Source of the DNA: a virus
Lineage: Duplodnaviria > Caudoviricetes
Direction: 5' to 3' (one strand)
Virus record (IMG/VR): IMGVR_UViG_3300032605_002490
Location: 1-35,224 of that record
Length of the DNA: 35,224 bases
In this document: positions 8,403 through 17,564 of the stretch, one piece after another
Numbering within the stretch: the first letter of the stretch is position 1
How the letters are laid out: each line of letters begins with the position of its first letter
Notes under the pieces: model-generated
Database searches by the model: none
Told to the model about the DNA's origin: nothing
Seen by the model: only the letters and a program-made list of their open reading frames with translations
Translations under genes and position numbers: made by a program

Positions 8403-9056
8403 TCACAGAGCGTTCGCCACACTTGTCTTGTAAATCGGCAAGAGAAGCTTGCTTCTCATTAAGATGTAACTTGGAGCCGCCGGAGCTGAAACCAGTGTTG
8501 AAGTTCCAAGACTGTGACCAGGCATAACCGTAATACGTGCCTTGCTATCGGGAATGATGATCCGAGGATGAGCAGCAAGAAGGCTCACTGCTGCGCTAGC
8601 CTCGGGAGTTAAGCTGTGTCCCACACCCCATCCGAGGATGGCAAATTGTGAATTGGAAGAAGGAGGAGGATTGTGAATGGAAGCACCTCCGCATGATCGC
8701 CACGCAATCAAAGAAGCTCCACTCGTTCCATTACGGAAATAATAGGTATTTAATACCTCGATAAAATCGTCGTCCTTTGGCGTGGGCTTTCCATGACGAA
8801 TCGCGAGTTGCCAAATATCCAGAATTAAACGCAATGTGGGATCACCTGGTTTTCTGATTCTATCAATAATAGCATCATGTCCGACGTGACGAAGCCCGGA
8901 GGATGCCTGTCCTGAACCAGGATTTTCGCCAAAAAAAGTACCCACACAGTTGCCTTTAGTCATCCCAGATTGAGGCGACCAGTAGATTCGGGTGTCTCTG
9001 CGAATGATTTGCGGATTATGTGTTACAGGATCCCAATCTGCCCAAAAGTGACTCAT
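8403..9056 (-). CDS. Accessory gene (moron), DUF1643-like
   Basis: Opposite strand, AT-richer. GENPGS...DPTLR...EVLNTY...ILGWG resembles the DUF1643 NPS/DPT/NL/AWG pattern. Confidence 0.5.
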   Translation of the reverse strand: MSHFWADWDPVTHNPQIIRRDTRIYWSPQSGMTKGNCVGTFFGENPGSGQASSGLRHVGHDAIIDRIRKPGDPTLRLILDIWQLAIRHGKPTPKDDDFIEVLNTYYFRNGTSGASLIAWRSCGGASIHNPPPSSNSQFAILGWGVGHSLTPEASAAVSLLAAHPRIIIPDSKARITVMPGHSLGTSTLVSAPAAPSYILMRSKLLLPIYKTSVANAL

Positions 9057-9086
9057 GCAGGTAACATAGCAGATTGGTCAATGTCC

Positions 9087-9106
9087 GTTGACACCCATCC
9101 CTCGGT
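9087..9106 (+). promoter_or_regulatory. GTTGAC-N14-start motif upstream of head operon
   Basis: GTTGACACCCATCCCTCGGT|ATG(9107). Confidence 0.75.
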
Positions 9107-9367
9107 ATGGCCCAGGGTCTATTCATCGTCGGTTTTTCCGTTGCCGAGGTTCTCCAGATTCAGGCGAAAGCCAAAGAAATGCTTCTGGAGGGCAAAACCC
9201 TCATGCAATGGGGTGACAGCGGTTCCACCGCAATAAAGCAGTTCACCATGCCGGTGAAGGAAGTGCTGGAGGAATGCGCCTTTGCGCTGCGTACGCTTGA
9301 TCCTGAAACCTACGGACGCCGCCGCCGTGTCGCTCAATCGCGGGTATGGCCATTTCTGGACAAATGA
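9107..9367 (+). CDS. gpW-like head-to-tail joining protein
   Basis: 86 aa immediately before the lambda-type portal with ATGA overlap; positional call. Confidence 0.55.
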   Translation: MAQGLFIVGFSVAEVLQIQAKAKEMLLEGKTLMQWGDSGSTAIKQFTMPVKEVLEECAFALRTLDPETYGRRRRVAQSRVWPFLDK

Positions 9368-10818
9368 ACCGTCTCTTAAAACTCGCCTCCCGCTTTTTGT
9401 CGTTCGGCTGGTATAGCCCTTACGAGTCCGCCAACTGGTCGCCGCGCCGTAGCCGGGTGCCTGGAGCCATGCCGGGAGACGCCAAGCGAGACCTGACTCC
9501 CGGTATTCGCAAGGAACTGGTTCGCCGTTCCCGCTACCTGCAAAAAAACTCTGGGTTCGTTCGCGAGCTGGTCGGCAACATGGCGATTTACTCAACAGGC
9601 GATGGAATCAAACCGCAGGCGCAATCGCCCGATCAGAACTGGAACCGCGTCGCCGAAGAATACTTCGCCAACTGGTCGTCCCAATGCGAAATCACACGCC
9701 GGTTTTCTTTTGCGGAATGCCAGTCGCTCGTCTGCCGCGGAATTGATGTGGACGGGGAATACTTCATCCTTAAGACACGAGACGCCGCGCAACGTCCGGT
9801 GCTGCAACTGATCGAGTCGCACCGGATCGGCGATGAGGTGGGCGGCACGGAAACCGTGGACGGCATCGGCATGGATGCCGTGGGCGCTCCGTTGTTTTAT
9901 CGACTGCTGCTTGATGACGGGACTTATCGCGATCTCCCGGCTTCAAGCGTGCTGCATGTTTTTGAACCGGAATCCATCAGCGCCGTGCGACATGCGGCAA
10001 CCATCCAGCACTCGATCAATCATGTACTCGACGAGATCGAATTGCTTGCGCTCGAAAAACATGCCGTCAAAGACAATTCGGATGTTGCACGCATACTCAA
10101 GACTGCCAGGGGCGAACTTGATGAAAGCGGGGATTTTTCGCTGCGCACAGACCAAAGGGTCGATGATGAACCAAGCGATCCCTCGGCGTTGCAACGCATC
10201 ATCGGCGGAAAACTCGTGGCGCTCAAGCCGGATGAATCTCTCGAAAGTTTTCAATCCAATCGGCCAAGCCCGACATTCACCGGATTTTTGGATCATCTGC
10301 GGCGGGATTCCGCGCTTGGCGTGCTTCCGTATGAGTTTGCGGCGGATTCCAGCAGCATCGGCGGGGCTGGCGTGCGACTTGTCGTGGCAAAAGCTGGCCG
10401 CCGTTTTTCCTATCGGCAGTTGACCCTGACACAACGCCTTCTTCGTCCCGTTTGGGCTTATGTGATTGGAGATGCCATTGCTACGGGCGCATTGCCTGCC
10501 ATCACCGGCTGGTGGAAGGTTCGTTTCCAGAAACCTGCCAGGGTGACTGTGGATGCAGGACGCGAAGCGCAGCAGAATCGCGCTGATGTGGAAATGGGGC
10601 TCAAAACTCTGGAGGAATCGTATGCCGAACTGGGGCTTGATTTTGAGGAACAAGCGGAAATTCGCGCGCAAAATGCCAGGTTTCTCCTCGATCTGGCGAA
10701 GAAGTATGACGTGCCGCTCGAACTCCTGTGGAAACCAACCGGCGGCACGGATGCAACGCCTGTGGTCGGCGAACCGGAAGACCCGCCTGCTATCAACGGA
10801 ATCAGGCAACCCGGATAG
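9364..10818 (+). CDS. Portal protein, lambda family
   Basis: RRSRYLQKNSGFVR, VDGEYF, LQLIESHRI, DGI..D..G.P..Y, VDAGREAQ motifs. Confidence 0.92.
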   Translation: MNRLLKLASRFLSFGWYSPYESANWSPRRSRVPGAMPGDAKRDLTPGIRKELVRRSRYLQKNSGFVRELVGNMAIYSTGDGIKPQAQSPDQNWNRVAEEYFANWSSQCEITRRFSFAECQSLVCRGIDVDGEYFILKTRDAAQRPVLQLIESHRIGDEVGGTETVDGIGMDAVGAPLFYRLLLDDGTYRDLPASSVLHVFEPESISAVRHAATIQHSINHVLDEIELLALEKHAVKDNSDVARILKTARGELDESGDFSLRTDQRVDDEPSDPSALQRIIGGKLVALKPDESLESFQSNRPSPTFTGFLDHLRRDSALGVLPYEFAADSSSIGGAGVRLVVAKAGRRFSYRQLTLTQRLLRPVWAYVIGDAIATGALPAITGWWKVRFQKPARVTVDAGREAQQNRADVEMGLKTLEESYAELGLDFEEQAEIRAQNARFLLDLAKKYDVPLELLWKPTGGTDATPVVGEPEDPPAINGIRQPG

Positions 10819-10825
10819 AGTGCTC

Positions 10826-10845
10826 GTTGACACCCCGGCAGGTGC
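10826..10845 (+). promoter_or_regulatory. GTTGAC-N14-start motif upstream of S49 protease
   Basis: GTTGACACCCCGGCAGGTGC|GTG(10846). Confidence 0.75.
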
Positions 10846-11670
10846 GTGAAACCCGCTGAAGCTCTCTTTCTCCAACAACCCTGGCTCATCACACCGGAGG
10901 CTCATGCTGCGCTGGTGAGCGCCGTGCAATCGTTTTTCAATTCGCCACCTCCGCAACTTTGTCCTGAACCCGATTCGCCATTGCTCACCGTTGAGGACGG
11001 CGTGGGCATCATCGACATCGAAGGCCCGATCATGCGCAAGCCGGACATTATCGCCCGGCTGATTTTCGGCGCCACGGACACTGATGAAGTGATTGCCGCA
11101 GTCCGTGAAGCACAGTCCCGGCCTGACGTGCAGGCAGTATTACTCGATTTCGATTCACCAGGCGGAACGGTCAGCGGCACGCCGGAACTGGCACAGGCCA
11201 TCGCCGATCTTTCCGCGCAGAAATACACTTATGCATTCACAGCGGGACAGCTTTGCAGCGCGGCTTACTGGGCGGCTTCACAAAGCGATGCGATCTACGC
11301 CACCCCGAGCGCGCGCATCGGTTCCATCGGCGTGCTGATGCCAGTCGTGGATCGCTCTGAATCGTTGCGCAACGATGGAATCAAGGTCGAAGTTTTCGCC
11401 GCCGGAAAATTCAAGAGTGCCGGAACGCCCGGTGTGTCGCTCACCGATGAACAACGCGCCTTGATTCAATCCGACGTGGAGGAAATCGCCGCTGATTTCC
11501 GGACTGCTGTGCTGGCGCGCGGGAGGAAAATCCCGGCAGACGCCATGGAAGGCCAGACATTCTCGGCACGTAAGTCGGTCAACAACTCTCTCATTTGCGC
11601 CGTGGTTCCAGATCGCGATGCGGTGCTTGCGAAACTCCAGAACCGGCACGTCGTCTCCCCGGCAAGTTGA
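10846..11670 (+). CDS. S49 family head maturation protease (lambda gpC-like)
   Basis: LDFDSPGGTVSG, CSAAYWAAS, IGSIGV, AGKFKSAG. Confidence 0.92.
   Translation: MKPAEALFLQQPWLITPEAHAALVSAVQSFFNSPPPQLCPEPDSPLLTVEDGVGIIDIEGPIMRKPDIIARLIFGATDTDEVIAAVREAQSRPDVQAVLLDFDSPGGTVSGTPELAQAIADLSAQKYTYAFTAGQLCSAAYWAASQSDAIYATPSARIGSIGVLMPVVDRSESLRNDGIKVEVFAAGKFKSAGTPGVSLTDEQRALIQSDVEEIAADFRTAVLARGRKIPADAMEGQTFSARKSVNNSLICAVVPDRDAVLAKLQNRHVVSPAS
11361..11376. repeat. Palindrome ATCGTTGCGCAACGAT copy 2 (intragenic)
   Basis: Perfect 16-bp palindrome read directly. Confidence 0.9.
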
Positions 11671-11688
11671 CATCACGGCACGGACATC
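11666..11688 (+). promoter_or_regulatory. GTTGAC motif upstream of scaffold/capsid genes
   Basis: GTTGACATCACGGCACGGAC|ATC ATG(11689); ATG is 3 nt beyond the usual position; TGA is the protease stop. Confidence 0.65.
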
Positions 11689-12189
11689 ATGCTCACCATT
11701 GACGAACAACTTGATCAGGCACAGAAGCGAGTGAAGGCACTCGAAGCTGATGCCCAGGCTGGCGCGAATCTCCTGGCGGAAGCGTCTGCAAAAACCGAAA
11801 CGCTGACGCTCCAGGTCACGGAACTTCAAGCCCAGAATGAACGGCTTGACGCCGATCTGCTCACCGCGCGGCAATCCATCGAATCGCTCACGAAACAGAA
11901 GGGCGATGCGGAAGCCCGGCTCGGTGAACTCGTCGCCCGTACCAAGGATTTGGAGTCCCGCGAGCAAGACATCGAAGCCCGCGCCTCCAAACGCGCCGCC
12001 GAGATCGTGGCCTCCACCGGTTCGCAAGCTCCCGCACTGGTTACAGCGAAAGGCGACCGTCAGACCGACGACTTGGTCGCCCGGTTCAAGGCGATCAACG
12101 ATCCGAAGGAACAGACCATTTTCTGGCGCTCACTCACCGCGCAACAGCAGGCGCTCATTCTGAACAGCAACACCAACTCCCAGCAATAA
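11689..12189 (+). CDS. Coiled-coil scaffold-like protein
   Basis: Heptad-rich A/E/L/Q/K sequence between protease and capsid. Confidence 0.6.
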   Translation: MLTIDEQLDQAQKRVKALEADAQAGANLLAEASAKTETLTLQVTELQAQNERLDADLLTARQSIESLTKQKGDAEARLGELVARTKDLESREQDIEARASKRAAEIVASTGSQAPALVTAKGDRQTDDLVARFKAINDPKEQTIFWRSLTAQQQALILNSNTNSQQ

Positions 12190-12198
12190 CCCACTCCC

Positions 12199-13092
12199 AT
12201 GGCCAACACGCTTACAAATGTCAGTGACATCAAGGTCGCGCAAAACGCGCTTCAGCCGTTCCTGGCTTCGCTCCTGCCGCTGCGCGCATTTTCCACCAAC
12301 TTCTCTCCTGAACCGGCTGACAAACTCGATACTGTGCGTGTGCCGGTCGTGGGTGCTCCTTCGCAGTCGAGCGATTTCGCGGGCACATACACCAACCCGG
12401 CCGATTCCACGGTCACGGTGGTTCCCGTGCAATTGAACCGCCATAAATTCAAGACCATTCACGTAACGGCTCGCGAAGCGGCTTCCACGGCTCTCAATGT
12501 CCTGGATACGCTCGTGTCGAGTGCGGCGAAACAACTTGCCCAGGATGTATTGCAGGACGTTTTTTCCGCGATCACCAACGCAAACTACGGTGCCCCTGGG
12601 ATTCCTGCCGTTGCCGCAGCCAATTTCAACTACAAAACAGTGCTGGGCATCCGGGAGGCTTGCAGTGAGGTAAAAATGCCGGTAACCGACCGTTCCCTCG
12701 TGCTCGACGGAGCCTATTACACCAACTTGCTTGCCGACGACACCGTGGCCAAGAGCTTCATGATCCCGGTTGCTGCACCGGGTATTATTGAGGCGCAGAT
12801 TCGCCGCCTTGCCGGGTTCGACATGTTTGAAACGGTGATCCTGCCTGACAACGGCGAGAAACTCGTCGGCTTTGCATCACACCCGAGCGGCATGGCGATG
12901 GCGATGCGCTACCTGGTGCCGGTGGCCAACTATGACGAAGCGGGAGCGGTGACCGATCCGGAGACAGGGCTCACCTTTGGATACCTCCGCTTCACGGAGA
13001 TCCAGAGCAACCGGATTTTCATCACTCTGGAATGCCTCTATGGGTTCGCGCCTGCGATCCCTGAGGGCATCCAGCGGATTGTGTCGCCGTAA
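12199..13092 (+). CDS. Major capsid protein
   Basis: 297 aa; MANTL, DTVRVP, RSLVLD, LAGFDMFE, LYG motifs typical of HK97-fold capsids; followed by a terminator. Confidence 0.75.
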   Translation: MANTLTNVSDIKVAQNALQPFLASLLPLRAFSTNFSPEPADKLDTVRVPVVGAPSQSSDFAGTYTNPADSTVTVVPVQLNRHKFKTIHVTAREAASTALNVLDTLVSSAAKQLAQDVLQDVFSAITNANYGAPGIPAVAAANFNYKTVLGIREACSEVKMPVTDRSLVLDGAYYTNLLADDTVAKSFMIPVAAPGIIEAQIRRLAGFDMFETVILPDNGEKLVGFASHPSGMAMAMRYLVPVANYDEAGAVTDPETGLTFGYLRFTEIQSNRIFITLECLYGFAPAIPEGIQRIVSP

Positions 13093-13114
13093 CCTTACGC
13101 TCCAAAACGTCATC

Positions 13115-13149
13115 AAAGCCCTCGCGTCAGAAAAGGCGCGGGGGTTTTT
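13115..13149 (+). terminator. Intrinsic terminator after capsid gene
   Basis: CCCTCGCGTC-AGAAAA-GGCGCGGGGG followed by TTTTT. Confidence 0.8.
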
Positions 13150-13153
13150 GGGA

Positions 13154-14197
13154 TTAAGACGAGGAAATTAACGATTTCTCTACTAATTCCAATATCCTGC
13201 CGAGAACCGGGCTCCATTTGGCAATCCCGATGTTAATAAATCTTTTGGGGTAATCACCTGGCAAATCAAAGAGGCTATCATTTTGCAGCAATGACCCGAG
13301 CTTCTGGGCATATTCTTCAGACATCTCTGCAAACTTCAGTTCCAATCTGCCATCTGAATAAACAGAAAAAATCGACTTTGCACCTAGATCGTTAAATCTT
13401 GGAGTGAAGCTGCCTGTTTTGCCGCTTCCCCAACTGATTTTGGCTGCATGAGTTTGGCACCAGCAGAATAGTTCACGTAATTGCTCGATGGATGTATTGA
13501 CGTCAGAACGCTGCTCTGCGTCAGCAAAAAATTCAGATTCATCCCATTTTCGCTTTTGGCCACCTCGCCCAGTTCCCGCCGACGAAGGTTCATTCGCGCT
13601 TTCTGCTCCAAACAATTTTGGAATGATAATCTCGAAACCAGCGTGTTGGTAAAAATCCAACTCTACGCCCAATACCTTAAATGCGCTGTGTTCATTTACA
13701 AAAGAGATCAGCGTTTTCAGACGATCATCAAGCCGATCCATGAGCACCACAAATCGGAAACGTCCTGCAATCGCGTTTTGCTCAAGGGCTTCCAGATGCG
13801 CAGCCACGGCACTTTCATCGTTTTCCAAAAATTCAAGGAGACGGGTTCTCCAGTCCGTTTCATTTGCTCGCTCGACGATGCTTTTTGGAGCACTCCAAAC
13901 CGCCGCTCCATAATCGAGCATTTGCGCAATAACCTTCCGCTTGTCCGGGTTTTTGTAGAGTTTCGTCTCGATGATATAGATTTCACCGTCAGCATCCACG
14001 CCAAGGGCGTCGATAGGTCCACTCGGCGTATCAAACTCTCGCGTCAGAACAAGAAGCCGCAGATCATCTTTTAACTCATCCAATGGAATACAGTCAGGGT
14101 TGTTGTAGATGTATTGCTGCAAATAGTCCTCCTTTTCTATGACGGTGCGAACGAGTTTCTGGGCGTTGCGTCCTTCTTTTGAAATTATGATGCTCAT
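13154..14197 (-). CDS. Accessory NucS/DUF91-like PD-(D/E)XK nuclease with C-terminal extension
   Basis: EDYLQQYI..NP, REF...GPIDALGVD..GEIYIIETKL...R.VIAQMLDY; opposite strand, AT-richer; start taken at MSIII. Confidence 0.7.
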   Translation of the reverse strand: MSIIISKEGRNAQKLVRTVIEKEDYLQQYIYNNPDCIPLDELKDDLRLLVLTREFDTPSGPIDALGVDADGEIYIIETKLYKNPDKRKVIAQMLDYGAAVWSAPKSIVERANETDWRTRLLEFLENDESAVAAHLEALEQNAIAGRFRFVVLMDRLDDRLKTLISFVNEHSAFKVLGVELDFYQHAGFEIIIPKLFGAESANEPSSAGTGRGGQKRKWDESEFFADAEQRSDVNTSIEQLRELFCWCQTHAAKISWGSGKTGSFTPRFNDLGAKSIFSVYSDGRLELKFAEMSEEYAQKLGSLLQNDSLFDLPGDYPKRFINIGIAKWSPVLGRILELVEKSLISSS

Positions 14198-14281
14198 CGG
14201 GTTGAGGGGCTGATGTTGGTAAGAAATATGGTAAACGATTACTGATTTCAAGCCTCTGCTTGAGCGGGGTCGGTTTAGCCT

Positions 14282-14301
14282 GTTGACACATCACTACCGA
14301 G
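14282..14301 (+). promoter_or_regulatory. GTTGAC-N14-start motif upstream of head-tail genes
   Basis: GTTGACACATCACTACCGAG|GTG(14302). Confidence 0.75.
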
Positions 14302-14607
14302 GTGAGCCTCAAATCAGAAAAAGCCGCCGACCTCGCCGAAATTGTTGCTGAGATTGGCGAGCCGGTGGTCTGGAATGGTCGCGCCTACCGCGCGATCATC
14401 ACGAGCATTGAATCCTCGAACATTCTGCAAATTGGCGGGTTCAGCGAGGAATACGATTTCACCGTCAAGATCGCGAAGGCAGCTCTTGGCAAGGCTCGCC
14501 CGAAGGTGAACGAAGCAATTCAATTCGACAGCAAAACCTACCGGATTTCAAAGGTCAGCGAATCGCCCGCTTATCCGATGGTCACGCTCACAGTGCAGGT
14601 CAAATGA
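14302..14607 (+). CDS. Head-tail joining/closure protein (FII-like)
   Basis: 101 aa, beta-rich, ends ..KTYRISKV....MVTLTV; position after capsid. Confidence 0.55.
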   Translation: MSLKSEKAADLAEIVAEIGEPVVWNGRAYRAIITSIESSNILQIGGFSEEYDFTVKIAKAALGKARPKVNEAIQFDSKTYRISKVSESPAYPMVTLTVQVK

Positions 14608-15008
14608 ACACGGCCATCGAAACCGCATTTCTTGCTGCCGTTTCCTCCCTGCCGGAATTGATGGGTGTTGAGCAACATACGGGTGTGTCAGGCGACGAAA
14701 ACACCGTTGAAGGCGCATCCATCATTGTCCATTGCCCTGATTGCGAACACGCCGTGGGACCACTCTGGAAAGCCACCGTTGTGTTCCGGCTTGAAACCCC
14801 AGCTTTCGATAAGAATCGGGAAGCACACGATGCGCGGATCAATGCCGTTCGGGCTTGGTTGGAAAATCGTGACTCGGTTGTTGAGGGCATGCGTCTCAAT
14901 GGCATGGAATTGAACGGCTACTTCGTCCGGAAATCGCAGACTTCATTGGAACACAGCCGGTGGGTTGCAGAAATCGAATTTGTGGCAGGAGTTGAGACTC
15001 AGGTTTGA
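14604..15008 (+). CDS. Putative tail completion/terminator protein
   Basis: 134 aa, ATGA-coupled; positional call. Confidence 0.4.
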   Translation: MNTAIETAFLAAVSSLPELMGVEQHTGVSGDENTVEGASIIVHCPDCEHAVGPLWKATVVFRLETPAFDKNREAHDARINAVRAWLENRDSVVEGMRLNGMELNGYFVRKSQTSLEHSRWVAEIEFVAGVETQV

Positions 15009-15085
15009 GCTGCGAATCTGTAGTATTTAATCTCCTTGTGCTAAAGATGGTTGCGGGAGAAGATTGAGCGCTAAACTAGCCAAGT

Positions 15086-15931
15086 ATGCCGCGCAAAAGA
15101 AAATCCGGAGGCGATAACAGCGAAGCTTTTGTAAAGATTGCTGTGGCTGTCGTTGTCCTCGTTGCCATTTCAATGGGTGGTCTCCATAAGATTCCGGAAG
15201 CCATAGGTATTGTGGTAGGAGGCGCCATTGCTCTATCGGTTCTGATTTTGGGCGCATTGTATCTGGTGGGATACTTGCAAAAAAGACATCAGGCAGGTTC
15301 GGGTAATTGGGAGATTCCCGAATTTCCCGCCCCTTCTGAAGCATCAAAATACACGACATTCAATGTTCAGTCCGGGACATCAAAACCTCAGTGCTTTTCG
15401 AACGCTGAGTCAATACTAGAGGCGTTAAGAGAAATCGATTGGTACCAGTTTGAGAAGTTTTGTGCGGTTCTGCTGCAATCCGAAGGTTACGATATCGAGC
15501 GCAAAGGAGGAGCACACCCTGACGGCGGAGTGGATTTGATTGCAACCCGCGATGGCGTCAGGAGCTTAATCCAATGCAAGCATTGGAAAACTTGGGACAT
15601 CAAAGAAAAAATCGTTCGTGAAATGTTGGGAAGCATGGCGCATTTCCAGGTAACGGCTGGAGCAATCTATACTCTCAAAGGCTGGACTACCCCCGCTGCA
15701 GAATTAGCAGCCCAGCACCAGATCACTTTAGCCGACGGCCTTCAATTGGCGTCAAGAGCAGCGAGTGTTCTTCCCAAGGATGTTTTGGAGGAGGTGCTAA
15801 ACTGCACAGTGCACCACTGCCCAAAATGCGAATCGCCGATGGTGTGGAGGACGGGAGATTTCGAGCCTTTTTGGGGCTGCTCCAAATATCCACGCTGCAG
15901 GGGCATCCTTCGCAAAGGCGGCGCTCGGTAA
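15086..15931 (+). CDS. Mrr-like restriction endonuclease with N-terminal TM segments and C-terminal topoisomerase-type Zn ribbon
   Basis: Two hydrophobic segments; WYQFEKFCAVLL..EGY, DGGVDL, IQCKHWK; CPKCESPM...FWGCSKYPRC. Confidence 0.85.
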   Translation: MPRKRKSGGDNSEAFVKIAVAVVVLVAISMGGLHKIPEAIGIVVGGAIALSVLILGALYLVGYLQKRHQAGSGNWEIPEFPAPSEASKYTTFNVQSGTSKPQCFSNAESILEALREIDWYQFEKFCAVLLQSEGYDIERKGGAHPDGGVDLIATRDGVRSLIQCKHWKTWDIKEKIVREMLGSMAHFQVTAGAIYTLKGWTTPAAELAAQHQITLADGLQLASRAASVLPKDVLEEVLNCTVHHCPKCESPMVWRTGDFEPFWGCSKYPRCRGILRKGGAR

Positions 15932-15954
15932 TGTCCAAAACGACAATAAGGCGA

Positions 15955-15989
15955 GTTGACATGTCGCCGGATGCGTAACCCACGCATCC
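15955..15989 (+). promoter_or_regulatory. GTTGAC motif plus hairpin upstream of tail tube genes
   Basis: GTTGAC at 15955; GGATGCGT-AACCC-ACGCATCC (15969-15989) abuts ATG 15990. Confidence 0.55.
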
Positions 15990-16319
15990 ATGCCCGCAGC
16001 TTTTGGAGTCACCAGCAATTTCGGCCTCACCCCGCCCACTGGCGGTGTCGTGGAAGAATCCAGTTCCGAGGACGAGGTCGAGGCGAAAACCATCAAGGAT
16101 CAGTCCGGCACGACCTGCCGCGCCGTGCCGGGTAAAGTCATCAAGACCACCGTCACCATTAAGGGTAAGGGATTGGACATGACCACCGTGCTTGCCGCCG
16201 CGCCCCTGACGGAGGGCAAGGTCGCGGTTACTTCGCTGAAGAACAGCGAATCCAATGACGATTTCCCAACCTTTGAACAAACCGGCGTCAAATACACGTC
16301 GCTTGCTACTACCTCTTAA
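15990..16319 (+). CDS. Putative small tail tube-like protein A
   Basis: 109 aa, Thr-rich beta pattern, upstream of chaperones; paralogous to next gene. Confidence 0.5.
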   Translation: MPAAFGVTSNFGLTPPTGGVVEESSSEDEVEAKTIKDQSGTTCRAVPGKVIKTTVTIKGKGLDMTTVLAAAPLTEGKVAVTSLKNSESNDDFPTFEQTGVKYTSLATTS

Positions 16320-16321
16320 AT

Positions 16322-16639
16322 ATGCCCGCTGGACCCGCAGACATCGGTATTACTCAAGCGACAGCCGCCCTGCTCGAAACGGTCGAGTGGGAAACCAAGC
16401 TGGAGGAAAAGACCATCAAAGCGTCGAACGGCACCTTCGGCCAAGGGCAGACCTTTGATCCGCTCATCGAGTTTTCCGTGAAAGGGCGCGGTTCTCCCAC
16501 GGTTGCCGTGGGCATCGGCGCGGCGGGGATCAACGCTATCAAAGGCGGCACTACGCTCATCTTGAAGGTAAAGCATTCCCAGAAAAACGACGATTTCGAG
16601 AGTTTCGAGTATTCCGGGACGAACTACCCGAACGCATAG
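16322..16639 (+). CDS. Putative small tail tube-like protein B
   Basis: 105 aa; shares KTIK..G, KG.G, S..NDDF..FE..G..Y with previous gene. Confidence 0.5.
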   Translation: MPAGPADIGITQATAALLETVEWETKLEEKTIKASNGTFGQGQTFDPLIEFSVKGRGSPTVAVGIGAAGINAIKGGTTLILKVKHSQKNDDFESFEYSGTNYPNA

Positions 16640-16695
16640 CTTTTTACCAAAATTACCCAAAAACGGCCTAAATCTGCCCAATTTTATCCATCCCA

Positions 16696-17160
16696 ATGAA
16701 CGATCACAAACCCATCGAACGTAATCTCCACGTTCTCAAAGACGATCTCCCGCCGTTGAAAAGCCCCAACACAGGGCTTGTTGCGGCAGCGACCACCAGT
16801 GGCATCCAACTCTCGGAAGATCAGCCGTTCATCCAGACGCTCGAAGGCTCGGGCGACGACGTTAAGCGCCAGACCATCTGGTGCCTGAAAGATTGCGAAG
16901 TGGAATTTCTGCCGGAGTTCGAGCCGGAACGGATTTCCACGACGGAATTCGTGCATCGGTTCAGGGACACGCAATGGCGCATCGATAATCCGCATCATCC
17001 CATCGCCTACATGGCGTGGATGCACGAAACCAACCAGCGGCTCCGGGACAAGATCAAACTTAATAAGGCGCTGCTGATGGTGCGGCGCGGAAACAAAATC
17101 GCTTTCATCCCGCAGGGGTGTGATGCGGCTACACGGGACAAAATTCTGGCACTCCTATGA
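16696..17160 (+). CDS. Hypothetical phage protein
   Basis: 154 aa ORF, ATGA-coupled to next gene. Confidence 0.6.
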   Translation: MNDHKPIERNLHVLKDDLPPLKSPNTGLVAAATTSGIQLSEDQPFIQTLEGSGDDVKRQTIWCLKDCEVEFLPEFEPERISTTEFVHRFRDTQWRIDNPHHPIAYMAWMHETNQRLRDKIKLNKALLMVRRGNKIAFIPQGCDAATRDKILALL

Positions 17161-17564
17161 ACGACCCACTCGAAGCACCATTCACCAACCCGAGCGAATC
17201 GGATGTTCTTGGGCTGAAACTGCGCCCATTCTCGCTCGGCAGCCTGAGCATCTGCAGGCGGATCAAGCTCTCCATGATAACCGGCGACGCGAAGATGGGT
17301 GAACTGGACGACGAGGAAAAGCAGCGGCAGATCATTGCGTTCCTTTACATCCAATCGCAGCCGGTTCAGACCGTATTGAAAGCCATTCAGTCGCCGAACT
17401 TCTACGACGAATACGTGTTGCCGTTCTCCATGGACTTGCCGTTGCACGCAATCCCGGAAGCCGTGCAGGAAATTCAGCGCGTCATGGCTGAAGCGGGCGC
17501 GGCCTATGTCGAAGTGCAATCCAAGCCGGGCGATAAACCGGAGGATGCGCCCCCAAACTCCTAG
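17157..17564 (+). CDS. Tail assembly chaperone (gpG-like)
   Basis: Upstream of tape measure; ends in slippery C CCA AAC. Confidence 0.65.
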   Translation: MNDPLEAPFTNPSESDVLGLKLRPFSLGSLSICRRIKLSMITGDAKMGELDDEEKQRQIIAFLYIQSQPVQTVLKAIQSPNFYDEYVLPFSMDLPLHAIPEAVQEIQRVMAEAGAAYVEVQSKPGDKPEDAPPNS

